DNA from: Chthonomonadaceae bacterium
GTDB lineage: Bacteria > Armatimonadota > Chthonomonadetes > Chthonomonadales > Chthonomonadaceae
Length of the DNA: 64,000 bases
Direction: 5' to 3'
NCBI GenBank assembly: GCA_035650735.1
Contig: DASRGZ010000096.1
Coordinates: 23,526 to 87,525 of the forward strand
The notes below the pieces were generated by a model. The model was not told the DNA's origin. It searched no databases and saw nothing but the letters and a program-made list of their open reading frames with translations. Shown piece after piece: positions 1 to 10,005 of this stretch; position 1 is the first letter of the stretch, and every line of letters starts with the position of its first letter. The translations under genes and the position numbers were made by a program.

Positions 1-195
1 GTTGAAGAGAGTGTTGGCTTCGCCTGTTGCTGCGAGAATCCTCTTTACTGCCAGTTCTGCGCGCTCCTTACCCCCGGATAAAGATTTCCGTAAACCGAAC
101 AAAGGGAGACGGCTTGCCGATGGTGAATATTCTACTGACCTGGCCCTCGGACGGGGGCAGGTTTCATAACGTCGTGAAAGGATTCCAAGAGGGAC

Positions 196-1599
196 ATGGC
201 AGCGACGCAAACCGGGCGCAAGCCCAACATCGTGCTAATGGGCGTAGACTCCCTCCGCGCCGACCATATGAGTTGTTATGGCTACCCCCGCCTGACCACG
301 CCGTACATAGACCGCTTTGCCCAGGGCGGCACCCTCTTTGAGCGCACCTATAGCCCGCACATCCCCACGACCAGCGCCTATAGCTCCATGCTCACGGGCA
401 TGGACGCTTTCAGCACGCAGGTGGTGGCTCTGCGGCATAAAGGGCCGTTGCGCCCGGAGGTCAAGACCCTGCCGGAAATAATGCGGGAGGCCGGGTACAA
501 CACCTCCTGCGTGGGCTTCAGCGGCAACCCCGGCTCGCGTGGATTCGACAAGTATCTGGACTACCTCGGATGGGGAAGCTGGAATGAGGGCCGCAGCCCC
601 AAGGCGCAGAACCTCAACGTGGTGGCCCTGCCGGAGCTGGATCGGCTGGTGCAGGAGGACAAGCCCTTCTTTCTGTTTCTGCGGCACATGGACCCGCACG
701 CGCCCTACCTGCCGCCGGAGCCGTATGAGCGCATGTTCTATCACGGCAACGAGACCGATCCCAACAACAAATCTATGGAGCCGGTGATGGCGTTCAAGCC
801 CTTCCGGGACTTCTTCGCCAGTTGGATGCCGCCCGGCATCAGCGACAAAGACTACGTCATCGCCCAGTATGACGGCGCCATTGCCTACATGGACGCCTGC
901 ATCCAGAGCATTTTCACGGCGCTGGAGGCGCACGGCATTTTGGACGAGACAATCGTGGTGCTTAATGGCGATCACGGGGAAACGCTCTACGACCACGAAT
1001 GCTACTTCGACCATCACGGCCTCTACGATGTGACCCTGCATGTGCCGCTGATTATCCGCTATCCCGGCAAGATTCCGGCAGGCAAGCGCGTCTCCGGCTT
1101 CAATCAGCACAAGGACTTAGTGCCGACCATTCTTGAGCTGGCCGAGATTGAAACCGGCATTCACTTCGACGGCAGGAGCCTGCTGCCGATGGTGCGCGGC
1201 GAGGTGGCCTCCCACGAGAGCGAGTTCTATATCACCGAATGCACCTGGATGCGTAAGCACGGCTGGCGCACGCCGGAGTGGAAGCTGATCGTGGCGCTGG
1301 AGCCTGATTTCCACTTCAAGCCGCCCGTGGAGCTGTATAACCTGGTGGAGGACCCGGAGGAGAATTGCAATCTGGCCCAGCAGGAGTCGGAGGTCGTAGC
1401 GCTGCTGAGAAGTCGCATGGAGGCGTGGATAGCCAAGCGGGAGAAGGAGACGGGCTTTACTAACCCGATGCTAACCCAGGGCGACTGGCACGGCCATACG
1501 GGGATCGGGCCATTCAAGACCTCGCAGCAAGCCTACGATACGCTGCATATCGGCGACCCCAATCAGGCGGCGCGTCTGCAAGCCGAGTCGCGGAAGTGA
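196..1599 (+). CDS. Sulfatase-like hydrolase/transferase (alkaline-phosphatase superfamily). Cytoplasmic, and lacks the canonical C/S-x-P-x-R formylglycine motif.
   Basis: N-terminus 'NIVLMGVDSLRADHMSCYGYP...' and mid 'VVLNGDHGE' are typical sulfatase-domain blocks. No signal peptide. Complete 467-aa ORF. Confidence 0.7.
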   Translation: MAATQTGRKPNIVLMGVDSLRADHMSCYGYPRLTTPYIDRFAQGGTLFERTYSPHIPTTSAYSSMLTGMDAFSTQVVALRHKGPLRPEVKTLPEIMREAGYNTSCVGFSGNPGSRGFDKYLDYLGWGSWNEGRSPKAQNLNVVALPELDRLVQEDKPFFLFLRHMDPHAPYLPPEPYERMFYHGNETDPNNKSMEPVMAFKPFRDFFASWMPPGISDKDYVIAQYDGAIAYMDACIQSIFTALEAHGILDETIVVLNGDHGETLYDHECYFDHHGLYDVTLHVPLIIRYPGKIPAGKRVSGFNQHKDLVPTILELAEIETGIHFDGRSLLPMVRGEVASHESEFYITECTWMRKHGWRTPEWKLIVALEPDFHFKPPVELYNLVEDPEENCNLAQQESEVVALLRSRMEAWIAKREKETGFTNPMLTQGDWHGHTGIGPFKTSQQAYDTLHIGDPNQAARLQAESRK

Positions 1600-1614
1600 A
1601 AGGAGTGGCAGGAA

Positions 1615-2634
1615 ATGCCTTTAAGAGTAGCCGTTGTAGGGATGGGAGGAATCGGCAACACCCATGCCCCCATCTATCAGAAGCACCCGGAGTGCCAACT
1701 GGTCGCGGTCTGCGACATCCTCAAAGAGCGGGCGGATAAGGCTGCCGAGCGATACGGCTGCCCGGCGTTCTATTCAGTCCAGGACATGATCAAGGCCGAC
1801 CTAGGCCTTGACGCCGCCAGCATGTGCACCGCCGGCAAGGAGAACGGCGGCGACCACTACGCGCCGACCATGGAGTTGCTGAATGCCGGGATTCCCGTGC
1901 TGGGCGAAAAGCCGATCTCCAATGAGATAGACAAGGCCAAAGAGATGGTCGCCCTGGCCCGTGAGAAGAACCTGCGCTATGCCATCAACCTCAACCACCG
2001 CTTTACGCCCGCCGCCTGGCGCGCAAAGGAGTGGGTGGATCAGGGCCGCCTGGGCGAAGTCAACCTGATCAACATGACCCTGTGGATCAATAACCCCAAC
2101 GAAACCTCGCCCTGGTTTCATATCCGCGCGCTCCATCCCCACTCGATAGACGTCATGCGCTATTTTGGCGGCGATGTGGAGAAGGTGCACGCCATCTTCA
2201 AGCGCGGCCCTCGCCCCGACGGGCCGGGCGGCAGGCGCGTCTGCTGGAGCAACCTGCAAGCCAATCTGCTGTTTAAGAACGGCATCCTCGGCCATCTTAC
2301 CGGCAGCTATGATGCGGGCGGCAGCTACGGGCTGGAGACGCTGGAGGTGGTCGGGTCGAACGCGCGCTTCGTGCTTCGGGAAGCCTGCGAGCATTTGGAG
2401 TTCTATCCCCGCTTCTCGCGCGAGTCGGAACGTTACGACTACATCGGCGGCATGATGGGCTTCGCAGAGACGTTTGGCAGCCGCATCAACCGCTGGATCG
2501 AGCAGAACTTGCAACAGGTAGCCCCCGACCAGATAGACGGCTCCGGCCTGGATGCCCTGAAAGCGCAGCTCATCATTGAGGCGGCGATCAAGTCCTGGGA
2601 AACGGATAGCGCCGTGTCTGTCGAGCAGGTATAG
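1615..2634 (+). CDS. Gfo/Idh/MocA family NAD(P)-dependent oxidoreductase
   Basis: N-terminal Rossmann 'VAVVGMGGIGNTHAPIY' and family-typical 'EKPIS' block. 339 aa. Confidence 0.8.
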   Translation: MPLRVAVVGMGGIGNTHAPIYQKHPECQLVAVCDILKERADKAAERYGCPAFYSVQDMIKADLGLDAASMCTAGKENGGDHYAPTMELLNAGIPVLGEKPISNEIDKAKEMVALAREKNLRYAINLNHRFTPAAWRAKEWVDQGRLGEVNLINMTLWINNPNETSPWFHIRALHPHSIDVMRYFGGDVEKVHAIFKRGPRPDGPGGRRVCWSNLQANLLFKNGILGHLTGSYDAGGSYGLETLEVVGSNARFVLREACEHLEFYPRFSRESERYDYIGGMMGFAETFGSRINRWIEQNLQQVAPDQIDGSGLDALKAQLIIEAAIKSWETDSAVSVEQV

Positions 2635-3071
2635 CGGACGGCGCATCTCGCCCTGTGCACGTTCGCCGATGCTCCGTAATGCTGCGGTAATGCTGCCGTA
2701 ATGACGCCTGTGTATACTTATGACAGCATGTTCCCTGACAAAGGGTTGGGCACAGGACCTTACTATTTTCCAGCCGTCCTGTGCCCGTTTTTTTCTAGCC
2801 TTCCTGACCCATTGGCCGACTCTGGCTTCTGTCTGCCTCCGTGCCCTGAATCTGCGCCCATCGAGCGTCCATAGCCCAATTTCCCTCATTTTTAAGACAA
2901 ACATCGTCCTCGAAGTTGCCTCTTTGGCATAAATCTTGCAACAGCTTTAGAACAGGTGTAGTCTGTTCACTCTGCGCGTACACACCGAATTAACGACCCC
3001 ACCCGCATTCCAGCTCAGGCCATCCCGGCGATGGCCCCGCTCACCCATCCCGAATAAGAAGGCAGACGTTC

Positions 3072-4091
3072 ATGTCAAACATTGCGGTAATTGGTTGTGG
3101 CTACTGGGGCATGAACTACGTACGCTTGCTGCATGAGATGCCCCAGGCACGCCTGGTTGTGGCCTGTGACGGCAATCCGCAGCGTATCGGCGTGGTACGC
3201 GAGCGCTTCCCACTGCTCTCCGTCACCGACAATCTGGAGGATGTGCTGCGCAATCGCTGGATTGATGCGGTTGTGGTGGCCACGCCAGCCTCTACACATC
3301 ACGAGATAACCAAACGCCTGCTGCTTGCCGGCAAGCACGTAATGGTAGAAAAGCCTCTGACCACGTCGGTCGAAGAGGCGGAGGATCTAGTCGCTACCGC
3401 CGCACAGTGCGACCGGACGCTAATGGTCGGCCTGACGTTCCTCTATAATACAGGCATTGCCAAGCTCAAAGAGTTGGTGCGCGATCCCAACTTTGGCACG
3501 CTCTACTACCTGCACTGCACCCGCACCAACATGGGACCGATACGCCCCGACGTCAGCGTGATCTGGGATCTGGCCTCCCACGATCTGGCCATCTGCCAGT
3601 TCCTGCTAGATCGCCCTCCTATTTGGGTGCAGGCCAACGCCGCCACGGTCTTAGACCATACGCTACATGATGTGGCTTTCATCACCCTGGGCTATCCCGG
3701 CAACGTACTCGCCAACATCCATGTCAGTTGGGTGGATCCGAACAAGGTGCGCGAGGTGGTCGCAGTGGGCAGCCAGCGCCGCATCGTCTTCAACGACCTC
3801 AACGTCAGCGAGCGCGTGCGCATCTACGAGAAGGGGATCACCTCCTCGCGGCAGGAGGCGGATAGCTTCGGCGACTTCCGCCTGCTGGTGCGCGATGGCG
3901 ATATCATCAGCCCCCATGTCGCCCCGAGTGAGCCGCTGCGCAATCAGGTGGAGCACTTCCTGAGCTGCATTGCGAGCGGGCAGCAGCCGCTGAGCGCCGG
4001 GGAGGCCGGCGTGATGAATGTGCGCGTGCTGCGGGCCATAGATGAGTCCCTGGCCCGAGACGGCGCGCAGGTCTGCCTGACAACAGCCTGA
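3072..4091 (+). CDS. Gfo/Idh/MocA oxidoreductase, UDP-sugar 3-dehydrogenase-like (WbpB/GnnA-like)
   Basis: 'IAVIGCGYWGMNY' Rossmann motif and 'VMVEKPLT' block. Lies directly upstream of a GT2/acetyltransferase/aminotransferase set. Confidence 0.7.
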   Translation: MSNIAVIGCGYWGMNYVRLLHEMPQARLVVACDGNPQRIGVVRERFPLLSVTDNLEDVLRNRWIDAVVVATPASTHHEITKRLLLAGKHVMVEKPLTTSVEEAEDLVATAAQCDRTLMVGLTFLYNTGIAKLKELVRDPNFGTLYYLHCTRTNMGPIRPDVSVIWDLASHDLAICQFLLDRPPIWVQANAATVLDHTLHDVAFITLGYPGNVLANIHVSWVDPNKVREVVAVGSQRRIVFNDLNVSERVRIYEKGITSSRQEADSFGDFRLLVRDGDIISPHVAPSEPLRNQVEHFLSCIASGQQPLSAGEAGVMNVRVLRAIDESLARDGAQVCLTTA

Positions 4092-4211
4092 CCTCCAATC
4101 CCTTGTCTACGAGAAGATGTCCACAGCGTTTCGACGTGGCAGGCGACGGGCAGGCCCGTCGCCTTATCTGTGAGCAGATACCTAACTTTAGGCACTGGCA
4201 GGAGCAAAGAG

Positions 4212-4976
4212 ATGCCCATGCTTTCGGTCGTGATGCCGGCTTATAATGAAGCAGCGAACCTGGAGGACGCGATCCAGGCGACGCGCTCCGCCCTGGAAGC
4301 CTCCGGGGTAGATTGGGAGCTGATCGTCGTCAACGATGGCAGCACGGATCGGTCGTCCGAGATCCTGTCCGAGTATCCCCGGCGCGGCGACGAGCGCATA
4401 CGGGTCGAAACCCACGCGCGCAACCAGGGGTTCGGGGCCGCCATCCGCACGGGCATTCGGGCTGCGCGTGGCGTCTTCTGCATGGTCGTCCCTGCCGATA
4501 GCCCGCTGACCCTGGAGACTCTGCGCCCGTTTTTGGAGGCCATGCCGGCCAGCGACCTGATTCTGGGCTGGCGGCCGGAGCGGCTGGGCTACACGCCGCT
4601 CATGCGGTTTAACTCCTGGTTCTACCATGTGCTCCTGCGCCTTCTCTTTGGTCTGCCCTACCGGGACGTCAATTGGCAACACCTCTACCGCCGCTCCATC
4701 TTTGAGCAGATAGACATAGAGACGCATGGGGTGGTGATGGGAGCGGAGATGGCGGTCAAAGCGCATCGGCTGGGCCTGCGCGTGGCGGAGGTGCCCTGCC
4801 CGATGCGTCCCCGGCGCGGCGGGGTCGCCAGCGCGAGCCGTCCAAAAGTGATGCTGCGCACGGCCCAGGAGTTCGGTCGCTTCTTCTGGCGCTGGCATTT
4901 CGGACGGCGCGAGCAGGCGGCGTGCGGCCTGCTCCTCACCGACGCTCCCTACGCCGCCAATCGCCGCCCGGCTTAA
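4212..4976 (+). CDS. GT2 family polyprenyl-phosphate glycosyltransferase (ArnC/DPM1/GtrB-like)
   Basis: 'LSVVMPAYNEAANLE...LIVVNDGSTDRS' is the GT2 signature. The ATG at 4212 is preceded by GGAGCAAAG; the track ORF starts earlier at 4170. Confidence 0.75.
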   Translation: MPMLSVVMPAYNEAANLEDAIQATRSALEASGVDWELIVVNDGSTDRSSEILSEYPRRGDERIRVETHARNQGFGAAIRTGIRAARGVFCMVVPADSPLTLETLRPFLEAMPASDLILGWRPERLGYTPLMRFNSWFYHVLLRLLFGLPYRDVNWQHLYRRSIFEQIDIETHGVVMGAEMAVKAHRLGLRVAEVPCPMRPRRGGVASASRPKVMLRTAQEFGRFFWRWHFGRREQAACGLLLTDAPYAANRRPA

Positions 4977-4996
4977 CGGCCCTCAGGAGGATCGCT

Positions 4997-5560
4997 GTGT
5001 TTCATCCGATGGCTCTGGTCGAAAGCGAAGAGATCGGAGAAGGCACCTGCATCTGGGCCTATGCCCACGTCATGCCCGGCGCGCGCATCGGCGCTAACTG
5101 CAATATCGGCGACCATGCCTTTGTGGAGCGCGGCGCCGTGGTGGGCGATAACGTGACGATCAAAAATGGCGTGTGCGTCTGGGAGGGAGTCCACCTGGGC
5201 GATGGCGTCTTCGTCGGGCCTAATGCCGTCTTTACCAACGACCTCTATCCCCGCTCGCCGCGCCTGGGAGCGGCAGCGGCGCGCTACCAGGATAAGAGCT
5301 GGCTGCAGCCGACCTATGTGGAAGAGGGAGTGACCATCGGCGCCAACGCGACCATCCTCTGCGGCGTCCGGCTGGGACGTTACGCTTTCATCGGGGCGGG
5401 CGCTGTGGTGACGCGCGATGTGGCGCCGCACGCGATGATGCTCGGCGCACCGGCCCGGCAGCGCGGCTGGGTCTGCCACTGCGGGTACCCGCTGGAGCAG
5501 CGGCAAGGGATCTGGGGCTGCGGCCAGTGCGACCGCACCTATACCGCCGATGCCTTCTAG
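4997..5560 (+). CDS. Hexapeptide-repeat (left-handed beta-helix) sugar N-acetyltransferase (WbpD/PglD-like)
   Basis: Repeated [LIV]-G-x-x-x-x hexapeptides ('IGANCNIGDHAFVERGAVVGDNVTIKNGV'). GTG at 4997 has GGAGG 8 nt upstream. Confidence 0.7.
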   Translation: MFHPMALVESEEIGEGTCIWAYAHVMPGARIGANCNIGDHAFVERGAVVGDNVTIKNGVCVWEGVHLGDGVFVGPNAVFTNDLYPRSPRLGAAAARYQDKSWLQPTYVEEGVTIGANATILCGVRLGRYAFIGAGAVVTRDVAPHAMMLGAPARQRGWVCHCGYPLEQRQGIWGCGQCDRTYTADAF

Positions 5561-5714
5561 TCCGGGACAGGCTCCCCGGCGCAGCGTTAGCCTCGCGGGA
5601 GGCAATCGCCCCCGCCATCTGGATAAAGACCAGATTTTTAGACAGGATGAACAGGATTTACAGGATTAGACAAAGACAGAGAAGCAGGGCTTGCCCTTGT
5701 TTAGGAGGAGAACC

Positions 5715-6815
5715 GTGACGATCCCTCTGGTGGACTTGAAGATTCAGTACCGCGCGCTTGCCGACGAGATCAATCAGAGCGTGCAGGCGGTTATGGAGCG
5801 CGGCGATTTCATTCTGGGCAGCGAGGTCGGCGCCTTCGAGGAGGAGTTTGCAGCCTTCTGCGGCGCACGCTACGCGGTAGGATTGGCGACCGGCACCGAC
5901 GCCCTACAGCTGGGCCTGCTGGCCTGCGGGGTCGGGCCGGGCGACGAGGTCATCACCGCTCCGAACTCATTCGTGGCCTCCGCCTCTGCCATCTCGTTTA
6001 CGGGCGCAACGCCGGTCTTTGCCGATATTGACCCGCGCACCTACACGCTCGATCCCGTCGCGGTTGAGCGCGCCATCACGTCCCGGACGAAGGCTATCGT
6101 GCCCGTTCACCTCTACGGCCAGCCGGCCGACATGGAGGCGATCCTGGCGGTGGCACGCCGGCACGGCCTCAAGGTGGTGGAAGACGCCTGCCAGGCGCAC
6201 GGGGCTGAGTACAAGGGGCAGCGCGTCGGCTCACTGGGCGACGTGGCCGCCTTCAGCTTCTATCCGGGCAAGAACCTGGGCGCCTATGGCGACGGCGGGG
6301 CCGCAACGACCAACGACCCGGCCATCGCCGACCATCTGCGCATGTTGCGCAACTACGGCCAGAGGCAGAAGTATCAGCACGATTTCCTGGCTTTCAACAG
6401 CCGCCTGGATACGCTGCAGGCCGCCATCCTGCGCATCAAGCTGCGGCGCATGGATGCCTGGAACGAGCAGCGACGGCGGGCCGCCGCCTACTATACCTGT
6501 CTGCTTGGCGAGATGGGCCTCCCGACCCCCTACGTCGCGCCGGAGGCCAGCCACGTGTTCCATCTCTACGTGATCCGCTCCCGAAGGCGAGACGATCTGG
6601 TGCGCGCCCTGAACGCGCGGGGCATCGGCGCGGGAATCCACTATCCGGTGCCGATCCCGCTGCAAAAAGCCTACTGCAACCTGGACTATCAGCCAGGAGA
6701 TTTCCCCCATGCCGAGGCAGCATGCCAGGAGGTGCTCTCCCTGCCGATGTTCCCGGAGATCACAGAGGATCAGATCGAGACGGTCTGCAAAGCCGTCAAG
6801 GAACTGGCCGCTTAA
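5715..6815 (+). CDS. DegT/DnrJ/EryC1/StrS family PLP-dependent sugar aminotransferase
   Basis: 'DLKIQYRAL...[24 protein letters not shown]' and '[17 protein letters not shown]' are family hallmarks. GTG start has GGAGGAG upstream. Confidence 0.85.
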   Translation: MTIPLVDLKIQYRALADEINQSVQAVMERGDFILGSEVGAFEEEFAAFCGARYAVGLATGTDALQLGLLACGVGPGDEVITAPNSFVASASAISFTGATPVFADIDPRTYTLDPVAVERAITSRTKAIVPVHLYGQPADMEAILAVARRHGLKVVEDACQAHGAEYKGQRVGSLGDVAAFSFYPGKNLGAYGDGGAATTNDPAIADHLRMLRNYGQRQKYQHDFLAFNSRLDTLQAAILRIKLRRMDAWNEQRRRAAAYYTCLLGEMGLPTPYVAPEASHVFHLYVIRSRRRDDLVRALNARGIGAGIHYPVPIPLQKAYCNLDYQPGDFPHAEAACQEVLSLPMFPEITEDQIETVCKAVKELAA

Positions 6816-7045
6816 TGGAGCATTTGGCGGCGTCTTTTCCGCCCATGCAGGTGGGCAAGGCTCTCTGCCTGCGTAGGCAGGCAGCGGGCCTGGCTAGGCG
6901 GAGATCGCCAGGCAGAGCCGCGAACCGTTGAGCGGCGTCCCTGGCAGTCGAGCGTGCGCAGTTCCGACCCTAGCAGAGCCTCACAGCGGCAGGGTTTAGC
7001 CTGCCGCCAAAAGATGGCGGATTTTCCGGCTGCGCCGCTTAAAGG

Positions 7046-7124
7046 GTAATCCCTCCCAACGGTGTGGACGTATCTCCTCAGTAGCAAGCTGCTTGAGATT
7101 GATCCACACGACTGGGAGTGTCTA
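7046..7124 (+). mobile_element. MITE-like repeat family 1, copy A (~79 bp), flanked by ~10-bp direct repeats CGCTTAAAGG
   Basis: Near-identical to segments at ~18051-18127, ~25305-25390 and ~43557-43645. Imperfect terminal inverted repeats GTAGACACTCCCAGCCGTGTG / CACACCGTTGGGAGGGATTAC. Confidence 0.6.
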
Positions 7125-7165
7125 CCGCTTAAAGGGCGTGCCCTGCTCTACTTGTCGGGGAAACT

Positions 7166-9076
7166 ATGTTCTGGAATACGTTGCTTGAGCGAGCGCCTGT
7201 CCTCTCCGTCCAACGAACCGAAGCCACCCCGCCGCAAGCGTCGACGAGTGCGCGCGGGCACAAGCTGCTTGTTGCGGCCCTGCTGCTCCTTATGTTCGCG
7301 CAGGGCCTCTGGAACTGTCTGAGCGCCTCCGCCACCTGGGATGAGGCGCTCTATGTCGGCGTTGGCCGTTATCTTCTGCTGACCGGCAGCTACGACTTCG
7401 CCCATATACCAGCGCTGATCTACCACCCGGTCGGCTCTTACTATCTCAACAGCCTCTTCCTGCTGTTCCTGCCGCTGCCCGCCGACACGCTCCAGATCCC
7501 TGCGGACGACTTTTACACCAACGTCACGGCCCACCGGCTGCTGTTCCATTCCGGCTACGCCCCGGAGACCATCCTGCTGCTGGCCCGGCTGCCCATCTTA
7601 CTCCAGTCGCTGCTGCTGGGCTGGCTGGTTTACTGCTTTGCCGCGCGTCTCTTCGGGCCGCGCGCCGGCCTGGTGGCGCTGGCAGCGCTCGCCTTCGAGC
7701 CTAATCTGCTGGCCCATTCCTGCCTGGTGACCACCGACTCCAGCGTCACGGTCTGGGTCTTTGCCACGGCCTACGCCTACTGGCTCTATCTGCGCGCTCC
7801 CTCCACGCGCCGCCTGCTGGTCACTGCCCTCTGCCTGGGGCTGGCCGCGCTGGCGAAAGTGACCGGCCCGGCGCTCTGCCTGATCCTCCTGGCGGGGATG
7901 TACCTGGCCCGACGTAAGGAGGCGCGCAGGACAGGCGCGGCCCCGCCTACCGGGAGCGCCGGTCTGCCACAACCGGAAAGCGCAGAACGAGTTAGAATGG
8001 CCTCGCCTGCCGGGACCGCCGACGCACCGCGCGGCCCGGAGCCGACAGACGCAAAGCCTCTCCATTCGCCTGCCGCCGTAGGTGACAATGGGCACAGCGC
8101 GCCGACGACCGGCGTCTTCCCCGCCGAGACGGCAGTGCCGCCGCTCGCTCACTTCCTTTGGATGGGGATTGCCCTGCTGCTGATGATCTGGGCGGCGTAT
8201 GGGTTCAATCTGGGCATCCATCATCCCTCGCGCCTGATGAAGCTTCCCGGCGGTCCCTATCTCTATATGCTGCGCACGGTAATACAGGGCGGACACCGCG
8301 CGGGGTTCTCCTACCTCTTCGGGCACTTCTATCCGCACGGCCTGCGCGCCTACTGCTCTGCCGTCTTTCTGATCAAGACGCCGCTGCCGCTGCTGCTGCT
8401 GTTGCTGCTCACGCTGCTCTTCTGGCGGCGGCTGCCGCACGCCGACCGAGCGGCGGAGGTCGGCCTGGCTCTGGGCTTCCTGATACCGCTGCTCCTAAGC
8501 CTGCAAGATACCGTCAACCTGGGCCTGCGCTACATTCTGCCGCTCTATCCGTTCCTCTGCGTCTTCGTCAGCCGCCTGGCCGCGCTGCGGCGCCTTCCTC
8601 AACCGGCCCGGCTGCGCTGGGCGCCCGCCGCGCTCACGGCGCTGCTCTGCTGGCAGGCCGTCGAAAGCGTGCTCGCCTGCCCCAATCACCTGGCCTATTT
8701 CAATACCCTCTTCGCTCTCCCCGCCGCGCACAAGTACCGCTACCTGGTCGAGTCCAACCTGGATTGGGGCCAAGAGCTGCTGGCGCTGCGCGCCTATATG
8801 CGGGCGCATCACTTGGAACAGATCGCGCTGCAATATTACGGCAGCGTGGACCCGGCGGAATACGGCATCCGCTACACGCCCGCACGCCCTGACTCCACCG
8901 GCTACGTCGCTATCGGCGCGACCAACCTGGCCGGGATATTCCTGCCTCAAATCGGCAAATTCCATTACGTCTCCGACGATCCTGCACGGCTGGCAGCCTT
9001 TCGTAACCAGCAGCCCCTTGCGGTGCTAAACGGCGGCGCTATGCTCGTCTACTACGTGCCGCCCTCGGATCGCTGA
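7166..9076 (+). CDS. GT-C superfamily membrane glycosyltransferase (PMT/ArnT-like, GT39/GT83-like) with a low-complexity Pro/Ala-rich loop
   Basis: 636 aa with many predicted transmembrane helices. First periplasmic loop carries 'WDEALYVGVGRY' (the DE motif of PMT/ArnT-type GT-C enzymes). C-terminal soluble domain present. Confidence 0.6.
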   Translation: MFWNTLLERAPVLSVQRTEATPPQASTSARGHKLLVAALLLLMFAQGLWNCLSASATWDEALYVGVGRYLLLTGSYDFAHIPALIYHPVGSYYLNSLFLLFLPLPADTLQIPADDFYTNVTAHRLLFHSGYAPETILLLARLPILLQSLLLGWLVYCFAARLFGPRAGLVALAALAFEPNLLAHSCLVTTDSSVTVWVFATAYAYWLYLRAPSTRRLLVTALCLGLAALAKVTGPALCLILLAGMYLARRKEARRTGAAPPTGSAGLPQPESAERVRMASPAGTADAPRGPEPTDAKPLHSPAAVGDNGHSAPTTGVFPAETAVPPLAHFLWMGIALLLMIWAAYGFNLGIHHPSRLMKLPGGPYLYMLRTVIQGGHRAGFSYLFGHFYPHGLRAYCSAVFLIKTPLPLLLLLLLTLLFWRRLPHADRAAEVGLALGFLIPLLLSLQDTVNLGLRYILPLYPFLCVFVSRLAALRRLPQPARLRWAPAALTALLCWQAVESVLACPNHLAYFNTLFALPAAHKYRYLVESNLDWGQELLALRAYMRAHHLEQIALQYYGSVDPAEYGIRYTPARPDSTGYVAIGATNLAGIFLPQIGKFHYVSDDPARLAAFRNQQPLAVLNGGAMLVYYVPPSDR

Positions 9077-9367
9077 TGACCCCGATTTGCCGGAGCGAGT
9101 TTGCCTATCCTATTCTGCTTTCTCGCCGCAGTCCGCCTGATAAGCGAAGGAACACAACTGGACGTTGCTTCGTCTGATGCGCGATGGCACCCGGAGTTGC
9201 TCTGGGTGAGGATTCAAGCTTTTGTCTGGCAGGCATTGCACTGGCCCTAATGTCCTTTGCCAATCTCCCGGGGCATTCCGAGGCGAGAGAACGAATCAAA
9301 CAGGGAAGCCGAGGGCATCAGGGCGGTGAGGATCGAAACCCACAGGCGCAACCAGAGGGAGAGAACT

Positions 9368-9772
9368 ATGGTAACAAAGCGATCAGGCTGGCTGACTCTG
9401 GCGGTTGTGTTGGGAGTGGCGGGACTGGTGGGCTGCAGCCAGGAAACCCAGGTAGAGGCGCCGCCCGGCGGCACCAGCACAACCGTGGTCAGAACCCCAC
9501 GCAGCCCTTCCAGCTCCAGTTCGACCAGCACCAGCACCCACACCACGACGAGCACGTCGAAAACTACGGGGACGACGTCGGGCACAACATCCTCCGGCGG
9601 AACCACAACCACTCCCGGTACGACCGGCTCTAGCGAAACGAGCACTGGAACCACCGGCACGAGCACCGGGACTACCGGCACCACCGGAACGGGCACCAAC
9701 ACGACCACCGGAGGGACGCAATCCACGACGACGACTCAGTCCACCAGCACCAGCGCCCGCACCAAGCGGTAG
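9368..9772 (+). CDS. Lipoprotein with Ser/Thr/Gly-rich low-complexity tail
   Basis: Signal peptide with lipobox 'LVGC', then >90 aa of T/S/G repeats. RBS GGGAG lies before the ATG at 9368. Confidence 0.55.
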   Translation: MVTKRSGWLTLAVVLGVAGLVGCSQETQVEAPPGGTSTTVVRTPRSPSSSSSTSTSTHTTTSTSKTTGTTSGTTSSGGTTTTPGTTGSSETSTGTTGTSTGTTGTTGTGTNTTTGGTQSTTTTQSTSTSARTKR

Positions 9773-9801
9773 CTACAGCAACCTAAATAAGGCGGTAAAC
9801 A

Positions 9802-9843
9802 GGTAAGCCGGGCACAGAACGTACCCGGCTTACTCCTATTCCC
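9802..9843 (+). terminator. Putative intrinsic terminator after the lipoprotein gene
   Basis: Stem GTAAGCCGGG/CCCGGCTTAC (10 bp) with 11-nt loop, followed by TCCTATTCCCC. Confidence 0.35.
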
Positions 9844-10005
9844 CTAGCGTCCTACGCAGGCATGGTTGCCTCACGAAGGCCCCCTCTCAAACCACGATTA
9901 AGGCAGCGATACTCTATCCCCTGCGCCCCAATCGGAGATGATTGTCCGGTTCCTATGGCAGCAACTCCTGTTGTCATGTGGTTGCTGTCTGTGGCGCAGG
10001 AACGA

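Noticed and set aside
5640-5680. Solo (AGGATTWA)n arm upstream of the aminotransferase gene as an independent mobile element
   Set aside because: Only one arm is present, with no inverted partner within 200 bp. It is treated as a remnant or a possible binding-site array under the family-3 finding rather than a separate feature.
7062-7322. 86-aa ORF beginning 'MWTYLLSSKLLEIDPHDWECLP'
   Set aside because: Its N-terminus is encoded by MITE family 1 (copy A). The same peptide appears wherever the repeat occurs. The remainder runs antisense or out of frame across the start of the GT-C gene.
7598-8892. Several overlapping ORFs (280 aa -, 244 aa +, 156 aa -) inside 7166-9076
   Set aside because: Alternative-frame artefacts within the GT-C membrane protein gene. 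They are Arg/Pro/Ala-rich with no hydrophobic periodicity.
9247-9726. Minus-strand ORFs (159 aa, 112 aa) across the lipoprotein gene
   Set aside because: Antisense translations of the S/T/G-rich repeat ('VVPVVPVL…'). The plus frame has a signal peptide, a lipobox and an RBS.
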